A stretch of DNA of 64,000 nt, taken from the NCBI GenBank assembly GCA_050952625.1, contig JBMNLH010000008.1, positions 10,293 to 74,292 of the forward strand, in the 5' to 3' direction. Positions 19,075 to 28,804 of this stretch are shown here, piece by piece. The notes beneath the pieces were generated by a model. That model ran no database searches and was not told the DNA's origin. It was given only the letters and a program-made list of their open reading frames with translations. Positions within the stretch are counted from its first letter, which is position 1. Each line of letters begins with the position of its first letter. Source of the DNA: Bacillota bacterium (GTDB taxonomy: Bacteria; Bacillota; Ch66; Ch109). Position numbers and translations under genes: made by a program.

Positions 19075-19944
19075 CTATTCCTTTATTAACATAAGGTCAT
19101 TAAGTTTTGCCCTAAATCTTTCCATAAAAAGATTGCATTTGCACAAGAATATATAATACAAATTCCGGGGAAGATCAGTACCGTACAGGGATTCAAAGTT
19201 GCCCAGCCCTTTGGCGATAATCAAATCAGCTTTCTCGAATATCCTAAGAAAATCAGGGGAACATTGTTCAAGTACGGTCCCGGGAATATCCGTTCCATTA
19301 TTGATAATTTTAGCGTAAGCATCTATCCCTACAAAATATGCATCTTCCTCTGTAGCATCGTTTATAACCGGTTTTCCACGAGTAGCGAAAATTACCTCCA
19401 GCTCAGGATATTGCTTTTTAATGGTCCGGATAAACACCTTATCAAACACGATTTCTCCCGCATTATCTCCCAAGTAAAGGAGATGCCGGGTTTTCTTCAA
19501 ATCGCTCTTTAATAAAACAAATACATCTTGATCGATGTCTTTCGTCATGGTTTCGCGGACTGTTTCGATTACCTTATCTCTGGATAAATCATACCCGGGT
19601 CCGAAATCAATAATGTTTCCGGCAGCAGACAACTTCAGGGCCGCTTGCAGACGGTCTCTGGCGGAAGCTACCAGGTTAAATAAATCGTCTTCCAGTTTAA
19701 GCATTTCCTGATTATAATAATGTTTTTGTTCTTGATAGGGATCGGGATTTTGTAACGCTTCTTTTAAAGCACGCTGAATTATCTGAGCCACGTATGGCGC
19801 GCTCGTATTATCGTCAATAGCCGCTAGTTCCCGCATGATCCTTTTAACCAGATGGTGCCTTTGTTCTTCAGACTCCAAGTGAATTTTCGCCATTCTAACC
19901 GCTTGATTAATCAAACAGGGAAGGCAATCAATACTTAATCTCAT
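19075..19944 (-). CDS. ARMT1/DUF89 damage-control phosphatase
   Basis: DCLPCL, AAGNIIDFG, YLGDNAGEIVFD, INDAT, IAKGLGNFESL. Confidence 0.92.
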   Translation of the reverse strand: MRLSIDCLPCLINQAVRMAKIHLESEEQRHHLVKRIMRELAAIDDNTSAPYVAQIIQRALKEALQNPDPYQEQKHYYNQEMLKLEDDLFNLVASARDRLQAALKLSAAGNIIDFGPGYDLSRDKVIETVRETMTKDIDQDVFVLLKSDLKKTRHLLYLGDNAGEIVFDKVFIRTIKKQYPELEVIFATRGKPVINDATEEDAYFVGIDAYAKIINNGTDIPGTVLEQCSPDFLRIFEKADLIIAKGLGNFESLYGTDLPRNLYYIFLCKCNLFMERFRAKLNDLMLIKE

Positions 19945-20050
19945 TTTATCTTCCTTTGCAATGAATTCCATACTTATTATGTCAATAAATGGACGAGAGC
20001 GGCCAAATCGTTCCCCAATTCTAAAACTAAATTTTTGGATAGTTATACAG

Positions 20051-20797
20051 TTAATTATTCGGACTCAATAACTCCTGCATTTCGCCTGCCTGATAGCTTT
20101 GCCGGACCTCCTCAACCGTTTTGCCATCGCCTCCGGTTAAAACCTTTATTCCGACACTTTCCAAAGACATAAAGGCTTTACGGCCTATTTTTGGGGCAAT
20201 AACTATCCCCACATTCTTTTGGAGCAAAACCTGAACAGCTCCGGTTCCAGCACCGCGAGCTGCTTCAGTGCCCGTGTTAGGTAGCACCTCATACTTGTTA
20301 GTGGCCGGGTCCCAGATCATAAAACAGGCACAGCGGCCAAACCTCTCGTCCACGGGGGAAGATGGGGATGTTCCGGTAGAACAAATCGCAATCTTTTTAG
20401 ATGTGTTCTCGGTTTCTTTAGATTTATTAAATACTAAATCCTCTTGCCATCTAGCACATTGTTCATTCCCCATCAGATAACGTCCATGGCGTCGGCAAAA
20501 ACCGCCCCCCAAACAATAATCCCCTCCCTCAATCCGGATAGCCTTCGCATTAGTCAGTGCTTCAGCTATTTTGTAGCGGGCATCGGTTAAAACCCGTTGA
20601 AAAGTAGGTCGGGAAACCTGCATGTGCCGGGCACATTTTTCTTGTTCCAAGCGCAACAAATCCTTTAAACGAATGGCCTCTAACTCTTCGACCTTAAGAA
20701 TCACTTCTTGCAGATCCCCACTAGAAACACCCTGAGGTTTATATAAATTCACCTTGGGTTCATATTTCACCCGGCGGCATCTTGGTTCTCTAGGTAT
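20051..20797 (-). CDS. DUF134 HTH protein fused to a NifB/NifX domain (probable ATA start)
   Basis: EELEAIRLKD...MQVSRPTFQRVL...IRIEGG; C-terminal VDERFGRC. Confidence 0.9.
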   Translation of the reverse strand: MPREPRCRRVKYEPKVNLYKPQGVSSGDLQEVILKVEELEAIRLKDLLRLEQEKCARHMQVSRPTFQRVLTDARYKIAEALTNAKAIRIEGGDYCLGGGFCRRHGRYLMGNEQCARWQEDLVFNKSKETENTSKKIAICSTGTSPSSPVDERFGRCACFMIWDPATNKYEVLPNTGTEAARGAGTGAVQVLLQKNVGIVIAPKIGRKAFMSLESVGIKVLTGGDGKTVEEVRQSYQAGEMQELLSPNN

Positions 20798-20895
20798 GTT
20801 AATTAGCCCCTTTCCATTAAGTAAAAACCCGCACGCTTACTATCTTTTGTATTATTTTCAAAATCTTATGAGTGCAGAAATGAATAATTAGCAAT

Positions 20896-20937
20896 AAGTC
20901 CTGCTGTAAACTTATACATTTCCAACAGCAGGACTTC
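20896..20937. terminator. stem-loop between DUF59 and DUF134 genes
   Basis: AAGTCCTGCTG...CAGCAGGACTT. Confidence 0.6.
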
Positions 20938-21073
20938 AACAATTAAATATTATCAAAGATTAAATCCGGGATTTATAATGTTCCTTGTTTAGCTTCACTC
21001 TTTTTATAAACTAAACTTCACTCTTTTCTAACAACGATCCTCTTCATTAATTGTTATGGTACAAGTATCTTTT

Positions 21074-21382
21074 TTACTTTCCCGGCTGCTGAAGGATTTG
21101 CTCAAGTTCTTTGGCCTGAACAAAATCACGAACACGGATATTAACCTCGTTCACTCCGGATACTTTTTTAGTTGCGCGTTGAATATCATCTGCCAATTTA
21201 TAGGCCATCGGGCAGACCGGCGAAGAGGGTCTAAAAGTCAGATCAACTTCGCCGCTTTCGTCAATGCTTATATCTTTCACCAGGCCCATGTCAATAATGT
21301 TCACGTTAGTTCCTGGATCAATAACCTGTTTTAAAGATTCAATTAACCTTTCCTTTATCTCGTTTTCTTTTTTATTTTCCAA
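21074..21382 (-). CDS. DUF59/SufT-like Fe-S assembly protein
   Basis: VIDPGTNVNIIDMGLV...SPVCPMA. Confidence 0.9.
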   Translation of the reverse strand: MENKKENEIKERLIESLKQVIDPGTNVNIIDMGLVKDISIDESGEVDLTFRPSSPVCPMAYKLADDIQRATKKVSGVNEVNIRVRDFVQAKELEQILQQPGK

Positions 21383-21448
21383 TCAGGTTCACCCCTATTC
21401 CTTGGAAAATACTAAATTCTCTAACCAGGCTAACTATAAGACAAATAT

Positions 21449-21787
21449 CTATACATGAGTCCAATCAAAAATTTCGACCTTATCCCCCAGCCTTTTTTTC
21501 AAACTCTCCAAAATAGTATCGAAATGCGGGCAAGGAAAACCAATTGGATTACCACGGCTGATGCAGGAGGCCAAAACAATGATCTCGGCTCCGGCTTTTT
21601 CCACCATGGTCTCAGCCCGGGTTATCGCCCGCTTGCCCGGACACCCGCCACAGGAAACAAAGCCTACTATTCGCACCGGGCCGGTCTCTTGAAAGACCAT
21701 TTTTCCATTGTCCGCAATCCGAAAATCAGTTCGTCCCTGACAAATATCCTCCGTTTGTTGGCAACGAATGATGCCCACCTTTTTCAA
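21449..21787 (-). CDS. CGGC-domain protein
   Basis: VGIIRC...GFVSCGGCPG...CPH. Confidence 0.92.
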   Translation of the reverse strand: MKKVGIIRCQQTEDICQGRTDFRIADNGKMVFQETGPVRIVGFVSCGGCPGKRAITRAETMVEKAGAEIIVLASCISRGNPIGFPCPHFDTILESLKKRLGDKVEIFDWTHV

Positions 21788-21829
21788 CTCTACCCCCCCT
21801 TAATCTTTCAAAAGGCTTGCCAAGCCTTT

Positions 21830-22171
21830 TTAGTGATCACAGGTATTAGCTCCCGTGACTAAGGCGGCGTTTAAATAGTCTGCCACAATCTTTTCGGGAT
21901 AATCTACCGGGGCCCCTACTACTACCTTAATCCCATTCATATTAAACAGCGTTTGAGCTCGACTACCCATTCCTCCAGCGATTATGACATTGGCTCCTAA
22001 TTCAGCCAGCCATCTAGGTAAAACACCCGGCTCATGCGGAGGAGGAGTAAGCAGTTCCTGCTTAATAATAGTTTTCGTTTGTTCATCAACATCAACCAAG
22101 ACAAATTGTTCGCAATGCCCAAAGTGCAGGCAAAGTTGCTTGTTAACAACTGGTATGGCTATCTTCATCAA
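21830..22171 (-). CDS. NifB/NifX-family protein
   Basis: HFGHCEQF, PPPHEPGVLP, NTCDH. Confidence 0.92.
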   Translation of the reverse strand: MMKIAIPVVNKQLCLHFGHCEQFVLVDVDEQTKTIIKQELLTPPPHEPGVLPRWLAELGANVIIAGGMGSRAQTLFNMNGIKVVVGAPVDYPEKIVADYLNAALVTGANTCDH

Positions 22172-22208
22172 TATCCGTCTCCTCTTAACTTTATCTTAAC
22201 ATTAACCA

Positions 22209-23072
22209 TTATATTTCAAGAATCTGCTGTAGGCTATCCCACATTTTTTTTATTTCTTGACTAATAGCTCCATCAGAATACTCGACAATACTTACCCCGG
22301 CTACCTGTGCCTTTGTCACATCGGAATCATAAGGCATCTTTCCCACCACCTGGACGTTTAATTGATTACAGACTTCTTCAATGTCCCTAGCCACGTCCTG
22401 GTTAATATCTGCTTTATTAATACAGGCAACGGTTGGAATGTTGAAATGTTTAGTCAGGTCAACGATTCGCTGCAAATCATGCAAACCTGAAAGAGTAGGT
22501 TCGGTTACGACCAAAACCAGGTCCGTGCCGGTAATAGAAGCAATAACCGGACAACCAATGCCAGGGGAACCGTCAGCAGCCAACAGCCAATGATTTTTAT
22601 CTTCGGCCAAGTTTTTCGCCTTAGTTCGAACCAGGGTCACCAGCTTACCGGAGTTCTCCTCAGCAATGCCCAGTTGGGCATGCACCATCGGTCCATAGCG
22701 GGTATCGGAAACAAACCAGTGCCCGGCCAGATTCTCGTTAAACTCAATCGCGTCTACCGGACAGAAATGAACACAGGCCCCACAACCTTCACACGAAAGT
22801 TTATTAATTATAAAATCATCGCTTATCGCCTCAAACCGGCAAACCTCAAGACACTGGCCACATTCAATGCATAGTTCTTTATCAATAAAAGCTGTTTTCC
22901 CGCTTTTAAACTCATGCTTTTCCAGCACCGTCGGCTTTAACACCAAATGGAGATCAGCAGCATCCACATCACAATCAGCCATCACCTTATTCTCGGCTAA
23001 AGCAGCAAAAGAAGCCACAATGCTGGTTTTTCCAGTCCCCCCCTTGCCACTTATAACCACCAGTTCCTTCAT
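22209..23072 (-). CDS. MinD/ParA-type P-loop ATPase with 2x[4Fe-4S] insert
   Basis: SGKGGTGKT, DCDVDAA, two CxxCxxCxxxC motifs. Confidence 0.93.
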   Translation of the reverse strand: MKELVVISGKGGTGKTSIVASFAALAENKVMADCDVDAADLHLVLKPTVLEKHEFKSGKTAFIDKELCIECGQCLEVCRFEAISDDFIINKLSCEGCGACVHFCPVDAIEFNENLAGHWFVSDTRYGPMVHAQLGIAEENSGKLVTLVRTKAKNLAEDKNHWLLAADGSPGIGCPVIASITGTDLVLVVTEPTLSGLHDLQRIVDLTKHFNIPTVACINKADINQDVARDIEEVCNQLNVQVVGKMPYDSDVTKAQVAGVSIVEYSDGAISQEIKKMWDSLQQILEI

Positions 23073-23132
23073 AAACTTAACCCCCGTTCCACTTAACGCA
23101 GCTAAACCAGTTAAGCTTTTTTATCCTGAATT

Positions 23133-23972
23133 TTAGGGTAATAATGCCCCGGCCAGGATACTAAATTTTCCACTGTAGGACGGAATATTCTTTAAAACTA
23201 ACCCCCCGGTCGAATAGGTCCTGGCTATTTCACGATCTTCTGGAATCTCCATAAGAATCGGAACACCTTCTTTAGAACAGTATTCCTGTACTCGTTCATC
23301 TCCCAGATCAGCCCGATTAATAATCACGGCAAAGGGAATCCCCACTTCCCGAGCCATCTCCACGGCTAATTTTAGATCGTTCAATCCGAAAGGAGTTGGT
23401 TCAGTAACTAAAAGGACAAAATCTGTTCCTTTTATCGCTTCAATCACTGGGCAAGATGTCCCTGGCGGCGAATCAATTATCGTAACACCAGCAGGACTAA
23501 ACTTTTTCTTAACTTCCCTAATCAATGGCGGTGACATTGCTTCACCAACGCGTAATTTTCCGTGCGCGAAGTTTATTCCGTAAGCGGTACCCGTTTCCAC
23601 TACCCCAACCTCACGCGGGACCTCCTTGATCGCCCCCGGGGCGCAGACCTTGGTACACAAACCACACCCGTGACACAACTCCGGAAAGGTCAAAGTTTTT
23701 TTATTGATACAAACAATAGCACTAAACTGACAAAGATCCGAACAAATCCCGCATCCATCGCATTTAGACACATCCACTTCCGGAACCGGAAGCGAAACAG
23801 TGTAAGCGTTGCCCCACTTTGGCTGTAAAAATAAGTGACAATTTGGTTCCTCCACGTCACAATCCAGCAGGGTTACGTTTCGGTCGGCAAAATTAGCCAG
23901 ATAGTAGGCCAAATTAGTGGCAATGGTTGTTTTTCCTGTTCCCCCTTTACCACTGGCAATAGCTATTTTCAT
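23133..23972 (-). CDS. MinD/ParA-type P-loop ATPase with [4Fe-4S] insert
   Basis: SGKGGTGKT, DCDVEEPN, CDGCGIC, CHGCGLC. Confidence 0.93.
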   Translation of the reverse strand: MKIAIASGKGGTGKTTIATNLAYYLANFADRNVTLLDCDVEEPNCHLFLQPKWGNAYTVSLPVPEVDVSKCDGCGICSDLCQFSAIVCINKKTLTFPELCHGCGLCTKVCAPGAIKEVPREVGVVETGTAYGINFAHGKLRVGEAMSPPLIREVKKKFSPAGVTIIDSPPGTSCPVIEAIKGTDFVLLVTEPTPFGLNDLKLAVEMAREVGIPFAVIINRADLGDERVQEYCSKEGVPILMEIPEDREIARTYSTGGLVLKNIPSYSGKFSILAGALLP

Positions 23973-24055
23973 TGTTATGAACCATTCCTTTCGCTACGCT
24001 CAAGGCACAAAACGATATGAAAATGTTTGGCATATTTTCTTCATCTTAAGGACGG

Positions 24056-24418
24056 TTACATCCAGTGTCCATCCACATTTGCCCCGGTCGATTTAACTAA
24101 TTTTCCACTTTTAAATTCGTCAACCGCCTCTTTAACGGTTCCGCTTTTTAATAAATAAATATCAATGCCTGCAGCATTTAAAGTTTGGTAGGCATTCGGC
24201 CCCATGTTACCGGTAATAACTGCCTTAGCTCCTGAATCAGCTACGTTGCGGGCTGATTGAATCCCCGCCCCTTGAGCAGCCTGCAAATTTTGATTATTAT
24301 CTACTACCTTGAAGGTATCCGTCTCTAAATCATAAATCAAAAATTGAGCCGCTCTCCCAAAACGTCGGTCGACTGGACTATCTAAGTTTTTACCTGAACA
24401 ACTTACAGCAATTTTCAT
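24056..24418 (-). CDS. NifB/NifX-family protein (orange-protein-like)
   Basis: VDRRFGRA, AQGAGIQ, ITGNMGPNA, NVDGHW. Confidence 0.9.
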   Translation of the reverse strand: MKIAVSCSGKNLDSPVDRRFGRAAQFLIYDLETDTFKVVDNNQNLQAAQGAGIQSARNVADSGAKAVITGNMGPNAYQTLNAAGIDIYLLKSGTVKEAVDEFKSGKLVKSTGANVDGHWM

Positions 24419-24464
24419 TTCTTAACCCTCCTAAATAATTTTTTATTTTTGGCTGTTTATATAG

Positions 24465-24518
24465 TATTTGAGCATATGCCCATAATTATTCTACACCGAA
24501 TTATGAGCATATGTCAAA
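24465..24518 (-). promoter_or_regulatory. sigmaA promoter with two GAGCATATG operators (paralogue of 18781-18832)
   Basis: TTGACATATGCTCATAATTCGGTGTAGAATAATTATGGGCATATGCTCAAAT. Confidence 0.8.
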
Positions 24519-24678
24519 TATTTTCTGGTCAGTATAACAAAATTCCAAGGTTATAGCGTAAAGTTCTTTCGGTTTAATTTAGCCTTCCTAAATCATCGTT
24601 GCACTAAAAAATCATGTAACCAAAATGTATAAATCTTGAAAGTATGTGACACTATATTGACAAGGAGGGCTGCATCAT

Positions 24679-24882
24679 ATGGAAATAAGCGCACGCAACC
24701 AACTAAAGGGTCGAATTAAAGATATTAAATCCGGTGGTATTTCCTCGGAAGTAATACTGGATGTAGGTGGGCAGGAAGTCTGTTCTACCATAACTACGGA
24801 TTCTGTAAATCGACTGGGGCTCAAAGTAGGCGATGAGGCCAGTGCCTTGATCAAGGCAAGTTCCGTAATGATAATGAAGTAA
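24679..24882 (+). CDS. mop: molybdate-binding TOBE protein (molbindin)
   Basis: ISARNQLKG...ITTDSVNRLGLKVGD...IKASSV. Confidence 0.93.
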   Translation: MEISARNQLKGRIKDIKSGGISSEVILDVGGQEVCSTITTDSVNRLGLKVGDEASALIKASSVMIMK

Positions 24883-24915
24883 AAAAGGCTTCCGATTACT
24901 TAAATTGTTAATAAA

Positions 24916-24954
24916 ATTACCGCCTGAACAAATCTCTGCTTCGGGCGGTAATTA
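24916..24954. terminator. bidirectional terminator
   Basis: AATTACCGCCTGAA...TTCGGGCGGTAATT between convergent genes. Confidence 0.7.
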
Positions 24955-25022
24955 TTTATAAACTTAGTCATTAAGCCTTGCTGGGCCTTTGAAGAAGTTT
25001 AGGCATCACGATCGTTCATTAT

Positions 25023-25624
25023 CTAACCGGCACACATTGTTACTAAAGGTATTCCCAAAAATTTCGCCACTTCCTGATCCCGAGAATTGCTGAAAATCTG
25101 GCTTGGGGTCCCAACTTGCCTGACTTTACCGCTTAAAATTACGCCAATTCGTCCGGCTAAAACCTCAGCTTCATAAAAATCATGGGTTACGTGAACAATA
25201 GTGCATCGATAGTTCTCATGGATCTTTTTTAATTCCTGGCAAAGATTCTTTTTCGTATTGGGATCAAGCGCACTAAGGGGTTCGTCCATCAATAAAATTT
25301 TCGGTTTAAGAATCAATGCCCGGGCCAAGGAAATACGCTGTTGTTCTCCGCCGCTTAAGGTACCAGGAAAACGATGCATCAGATGAGCAACTCCCAGCAT
25401 CTCCGCTAATTCGTTAACATTCTGTTTGATTATCTTTACTGGTACCTTTCTAAGCTGGAGGCCAAAGGCAATGTTTTTATACACATTAAGGTGAGGAAAA
25501 AGAGAATAGTCTTGATAGACAAAGCCGATCCCCCGTTTTTCTGGCGGAATGTTTTCCGCATCCCTATTTTCTAAATAAATCTTTCCTTTTTTAGGACTGT
25601 AAAGCCCGGCAATTAATTCTAATA
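25023..25624 (-). pseudogene. Mo/W-type ABC transporter ATPase lacking its N-terminus (no Walker A)
   Basis: GFVYQDYSLFPH, LSGGEQQR, LMDEP present; cut by IS1380; substrate inferred from the neighbouring mop. Confidence 0.75.
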
Positions 25625-27330
25625 CCTGAATCCGTGGCACACGAAAAAAACTTGTTTAAATTTTCCCCAAATCAGATATTCATGCGATCAATTCGCTAAT
25701 ATATGACTTTTAGTTTCAAACATAACAATTATAATTTTACAAGTTTTTTTCACTATCACTTGACCCAAATAATTTTCCCTAAAAAAGCAATAAATATTTA
25801 AACCCCTGATTTTTTTCAAGTGCTATACGTTAGCCTATATATACGATATACGGTTGTGAGTATCTGCCTAAGTTAAAGCAGCATTTATGTTATTAAAAAC
25901 CGACCACCATGCGCACTGTTTTCCAAAACGTAGTTTCACCTGGCGGGAATGTTTTACTATATGGGCAGCCATTGTTATTAGGTTTTGGATAACCGTTCTG
26001 ATTCTACGTCTTTGAGCTTTTTTCCGTAGTGGAACCATCTGATCAGGCAACTTAACTGTCATTTGACCCAGAATTCGCAATATGTTATAGGCTAAAGCAG
26101 CTAGATGCAGTACTAGGTTATTGGTAGCAAACTTACCACTAGGTAACCGTTCCAGGTCAAGATCTGTCTTCAGTTCACTATGAAACTGTTCGGAAGTTCC
26201 ATGTTCATGGTAGAGCCTTATGATATCTTTTTCGGGATCCGGCAATGATGTCCAGTAGGTATCTACTTCAATTTCGGGTAGTAAGAGTGTCTGCCCATTA
26301 CTCAAGATGGTTCTTTCAACTACTTGAAAAACTATACGGATTTCTTTATCAAGCATACTATTCTTTCGGTAAATGCTGCCAGTATACACGGTTTTTCCTT
26401 CGCGTGGGGTCTGTTTATCGCCATGTTTTTGAGCAGTTTTAAGCCATTCTTCGGGTTTTTCTTTTCGGAGATTCCGTTTGATTATGTAGTCGGTTTTAGT
26501 CTGTGAATTTTCGAACATCATTATATTTTCGATGCTATCATTACCCGAATCCATTCTGACTAAAAGAGGAAGGGAACTCACCCTATTGGCGTACTGAATG
26601 CTATTTTTTAAAAAGACAGCTGTACCGTTTTGACAGTGATCCTTCCCTTCTCGGAATTCAAGATTGACTAAATAACCTTCCTGACCTAGGTAGGCGAAAA
26701 TCGGAGCAAAACCATCAAAGCCCTTGTAGGTTCGTGAGGATCCCTCTTTCTTGGTTTTTGAGTTGTCAAATGGTGAAACGTCAACATCCAACGGCAAATA
26801 ACAACGCTTGTTTTGACCATTTCCAAGTGTAATAGGAGTGAGGGGAGCCCCAACTTTATTGAGTAAATCCACAGATTCTTCCATAATAATTTTATCCCAT
26901 CCTGATGTTGGAGCTGCCTGGTCCAAACGTTGCCTTAAGGTAGGGCTGGAAGGTACAGTATCAATGCCCATGGCATAAGCAAAGAAATCATCATCACGAT
27001 ACGCTTCAATATGGTCAAAGTCATTTTTCCCGTGGCATAACAGTCCCACATAGGAAGACACTATATTGAAATGACTGATTTCAGGTTTTATGCATCCGGG
27101 TACATTCGTATTGGATAGTCGTTTTTTAAGTGAAGTTTTGTTCATCAAGTGACCAACCAAACTAAGTCCTGCAATCGGGGTAAGTATCTCATCAGAACGC
27201 TCGATAATGAATCGCATCACAGACACCTCGGGTGAATTATTCGGAATATGTTTATCTCATCTAATCTTTATTATACTCTATTATGCTTCAATTATCGAGT
27301 GCTTTTAAGTTTTCGTGCCACGGATTCAGG
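25625..27330 (-). mobile_element. IS1380-family element
   Basis: IRs CCTGAATCCGTGGCAC / GTGCCACGGATTCAGG. Confidence 0.93.
25868..27226 (-). CDS. IS1380 transposase
   Basis: PSSPTLRQRLD, LDVDVSP, VRMDSG, YHEHGTSEQFHSELK. Confidence 0.95.
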   Translation of the reverse strand: MSVMRFIIERSDEILTPIAGLSLVGHLMNKTSLKKRLSNTNVPGCIKPEISHFNIVSSYVGLLCHGKNDFDHIEAYRDDDFFAYAMGIDTVPSSPTLRQRLDQAAPTSGWDKIIMEESVDLLNKVGAPLTPITLGNGQNKRCYLPLDVDVSPFDNSKTKKEGSSRTYKGFDGFAPIFAYLGQEGYLVNLEFREGKDHCQNGTAVFLKNSIQYANRVSSLPLLVRMDSGNDSIENIMMFENSQTKTDYIIKRNLRKEKPEEWLKTAQKHGDKQTPREGKTVYTGSIYRKNSMLDKEIRIVFQVVERTILSNGQTLLLPEIEVDTYWTSLPDPEKDIIRLYHEHGTSEQFHSELKTDLDLERLPSGKFATNNLVLHLAALAYNILRILGQMTVKLPDQMVPLRKKAQRRRIRTVIQNLITMAAHIVKHSRQVKLRFGKQCAWWSVFNNINAALT

Positions 27331-27458
27331 TAATGGCACTAAGTGCTTAATTCTCATGATCAAAACGCACGGAAATATTTGCGGCATGTCACTTATAGAT
27401 AGCATTGCTCTATATGAGTTTGCTAAATAAAACTAAAGATATGAAAGGAGAGACACAA

Positions 27459-28031
27459 ATGTCAAAAGACACAACTACATCAAATATGAATCTTCGCATG
27501 ACCGTCTATGTTGCGCTGTTTACTTCACTTATTATTATTGGTGGCTACATAAGCGTACCTATTCCTGTCGGGCCTGTTCCAATTATATTAGCTGATTTCT
27601 TCGTTATGGTAACCGGGCTTTTTCTCGGGTTTAAATGGGGATTGACAAGCGTTGCTCTATATCTGAGCTTGGGAGCACTTGGTTTGCCCGTCTTTTCGAG
27701 TGGCACATCTGGTCTGGCAGTTCTTTTCGGTCCGACCGGCGGTTACTTGTTTGGTTATTTACTGGTAGCGGCTTCTGTGGGTTTTATTTCAAGCAGAGGG
27801 CAACAGTCTATGGTAACGAATCTGCTAGCTTTAGTCGTCGGCAATATACTCTTATATGTTATTGGTGTGCCGTGTCTTAAAATAGTGATGAATTTAGGTT
27901 GGGCTGGTGCATTGGCGGCAGGATTAACCCCATTTATACCGGGTATTATCATCAAGATAATCGTTGCTTCTGCTATGGGTCGTGTGCTCCTACCTCGCTT
28001 TAAACAAGCATTAGCTTCTGCTTCTATTTAG
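27459..28031 (+). CDS. bioY: biotin ECF S component
   Basis: GPVPI, YLSLGALGLPVFS, GPTGGYLFG; AAGGAG RBS. Confidence 0.93.
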   Translation: MSKDTTTSNMNLRMTVYVALFTSLIIIGGYISVPIPVGPVPIILADFFVMVTGLFLGFKWGLTSVALYLSLGALGLPVFSSGTSGLAVLFGPTGGYLFGYLLVAASVGFISSRGQQSMVTNLLALVVGNILLYVIGVPCLKIVMNLGWAGALAAGLTPFIPGIIIKIIVASAMGRVLLPRFKQALASASI

Positions 28032-28054
28032 TAAATACTAGGGGGTTAAGCCGG

Positions 28055-28804
28055 ATGCCAATTTTGGAAACCCAAAATTTAACCCATGTTTTTCCAGATG
28101 GCACCGTAGCCATTCAAAATATAAGTTTAAGGATCAATGATGGAGAATTTGTCGTCATTGCAGGAGCTAATGGGTCAGGAAAAACAGTCTTTGCCCGACA
28201 CCTTAACGGCTTGCTAAAACCCACAAAAGGAAAAGTGTTTATCGACGGAAAACCGATAAACAAAAATATAGTTGAAGCAAGAAAAAAAATCGGGCTGGTT
28301 TTTCAAGATTCCGATAGTCAAATTGTTGGACAAACTGTAGCCGAGGACATTGCTTTTGGTCCTGAAAATCTCAATCTGCCAGTAGCCCAAGTTGAAACTA
28401 TTGTCAAAGAATCATTGGAAGTAGTTGGATTAAGCCAATTCTCCACTCAAAATCCGCACGCCCTATCCGGTGGACAAAAGAGAAAGCTTGCAATTGCAGG
28501 AATACTCGCGATGAAGCCCAAAATCATTATATTTGATGAACCCTTTACAGGGCTTGACTATCCCGGCGTATTGCAGATCCTTAGACAAATTTTACAACTC
28601 CATAAAATGGGAAAAACAATACTTTTGATAACACATGAACTTGAAAAGGTACTAGCGCATGCTGATAGATTAGTAATAATTCATAAGGGAAAGTTGGTTG
28701 AGGACGGAAAACCAGAAGATGTAATTTACCGTTCTGAAAGCTACGGTGTAAGAATGCCCCTTAGTAATGGAGAGAGGATTAATTCAATGACATGGCTGAA
28801 ATGA
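28055..28804 (+). CDS. ECF transporter ATPase
   Basis: GANGSGKT, FQDSDSQ, LSGGQKRK, FDEP. Confidence 0.93.
   Translation: MPILETQNLTHVFPDGTVAIQNISLRINDGEFVVIAGANGSGKTVFARHLNGLLKPTKGKVFIDGKPINKNIVEARKKIGLVFQDSDSQIVGQTVAEDIAFGPENLNLPVAQVETIVKESLEVVGLSQFSTQNPHALSGGQKRKLAIAGILAMKPKIIIFDEPFTGLDYPGVLQILRQILQLHKMGKTILLITHELEKVLAHADRLVIIHKGKLVEDGKPEDVIYRSESYGVRMPLSNGERINSMTWLK

Noticed and set aside
25828-25837. GTTAGCCTAT in the IS1380 3' region, matching the hairpin -10 motif
   Set aside because: No flanking inverted arms or -35 stem; treated as chance
27385-27425. BirA operator upstream of bioY
   Set aside because: Only a weak palindrome that does not match TGTnAAC-N14/16-GTTnACA
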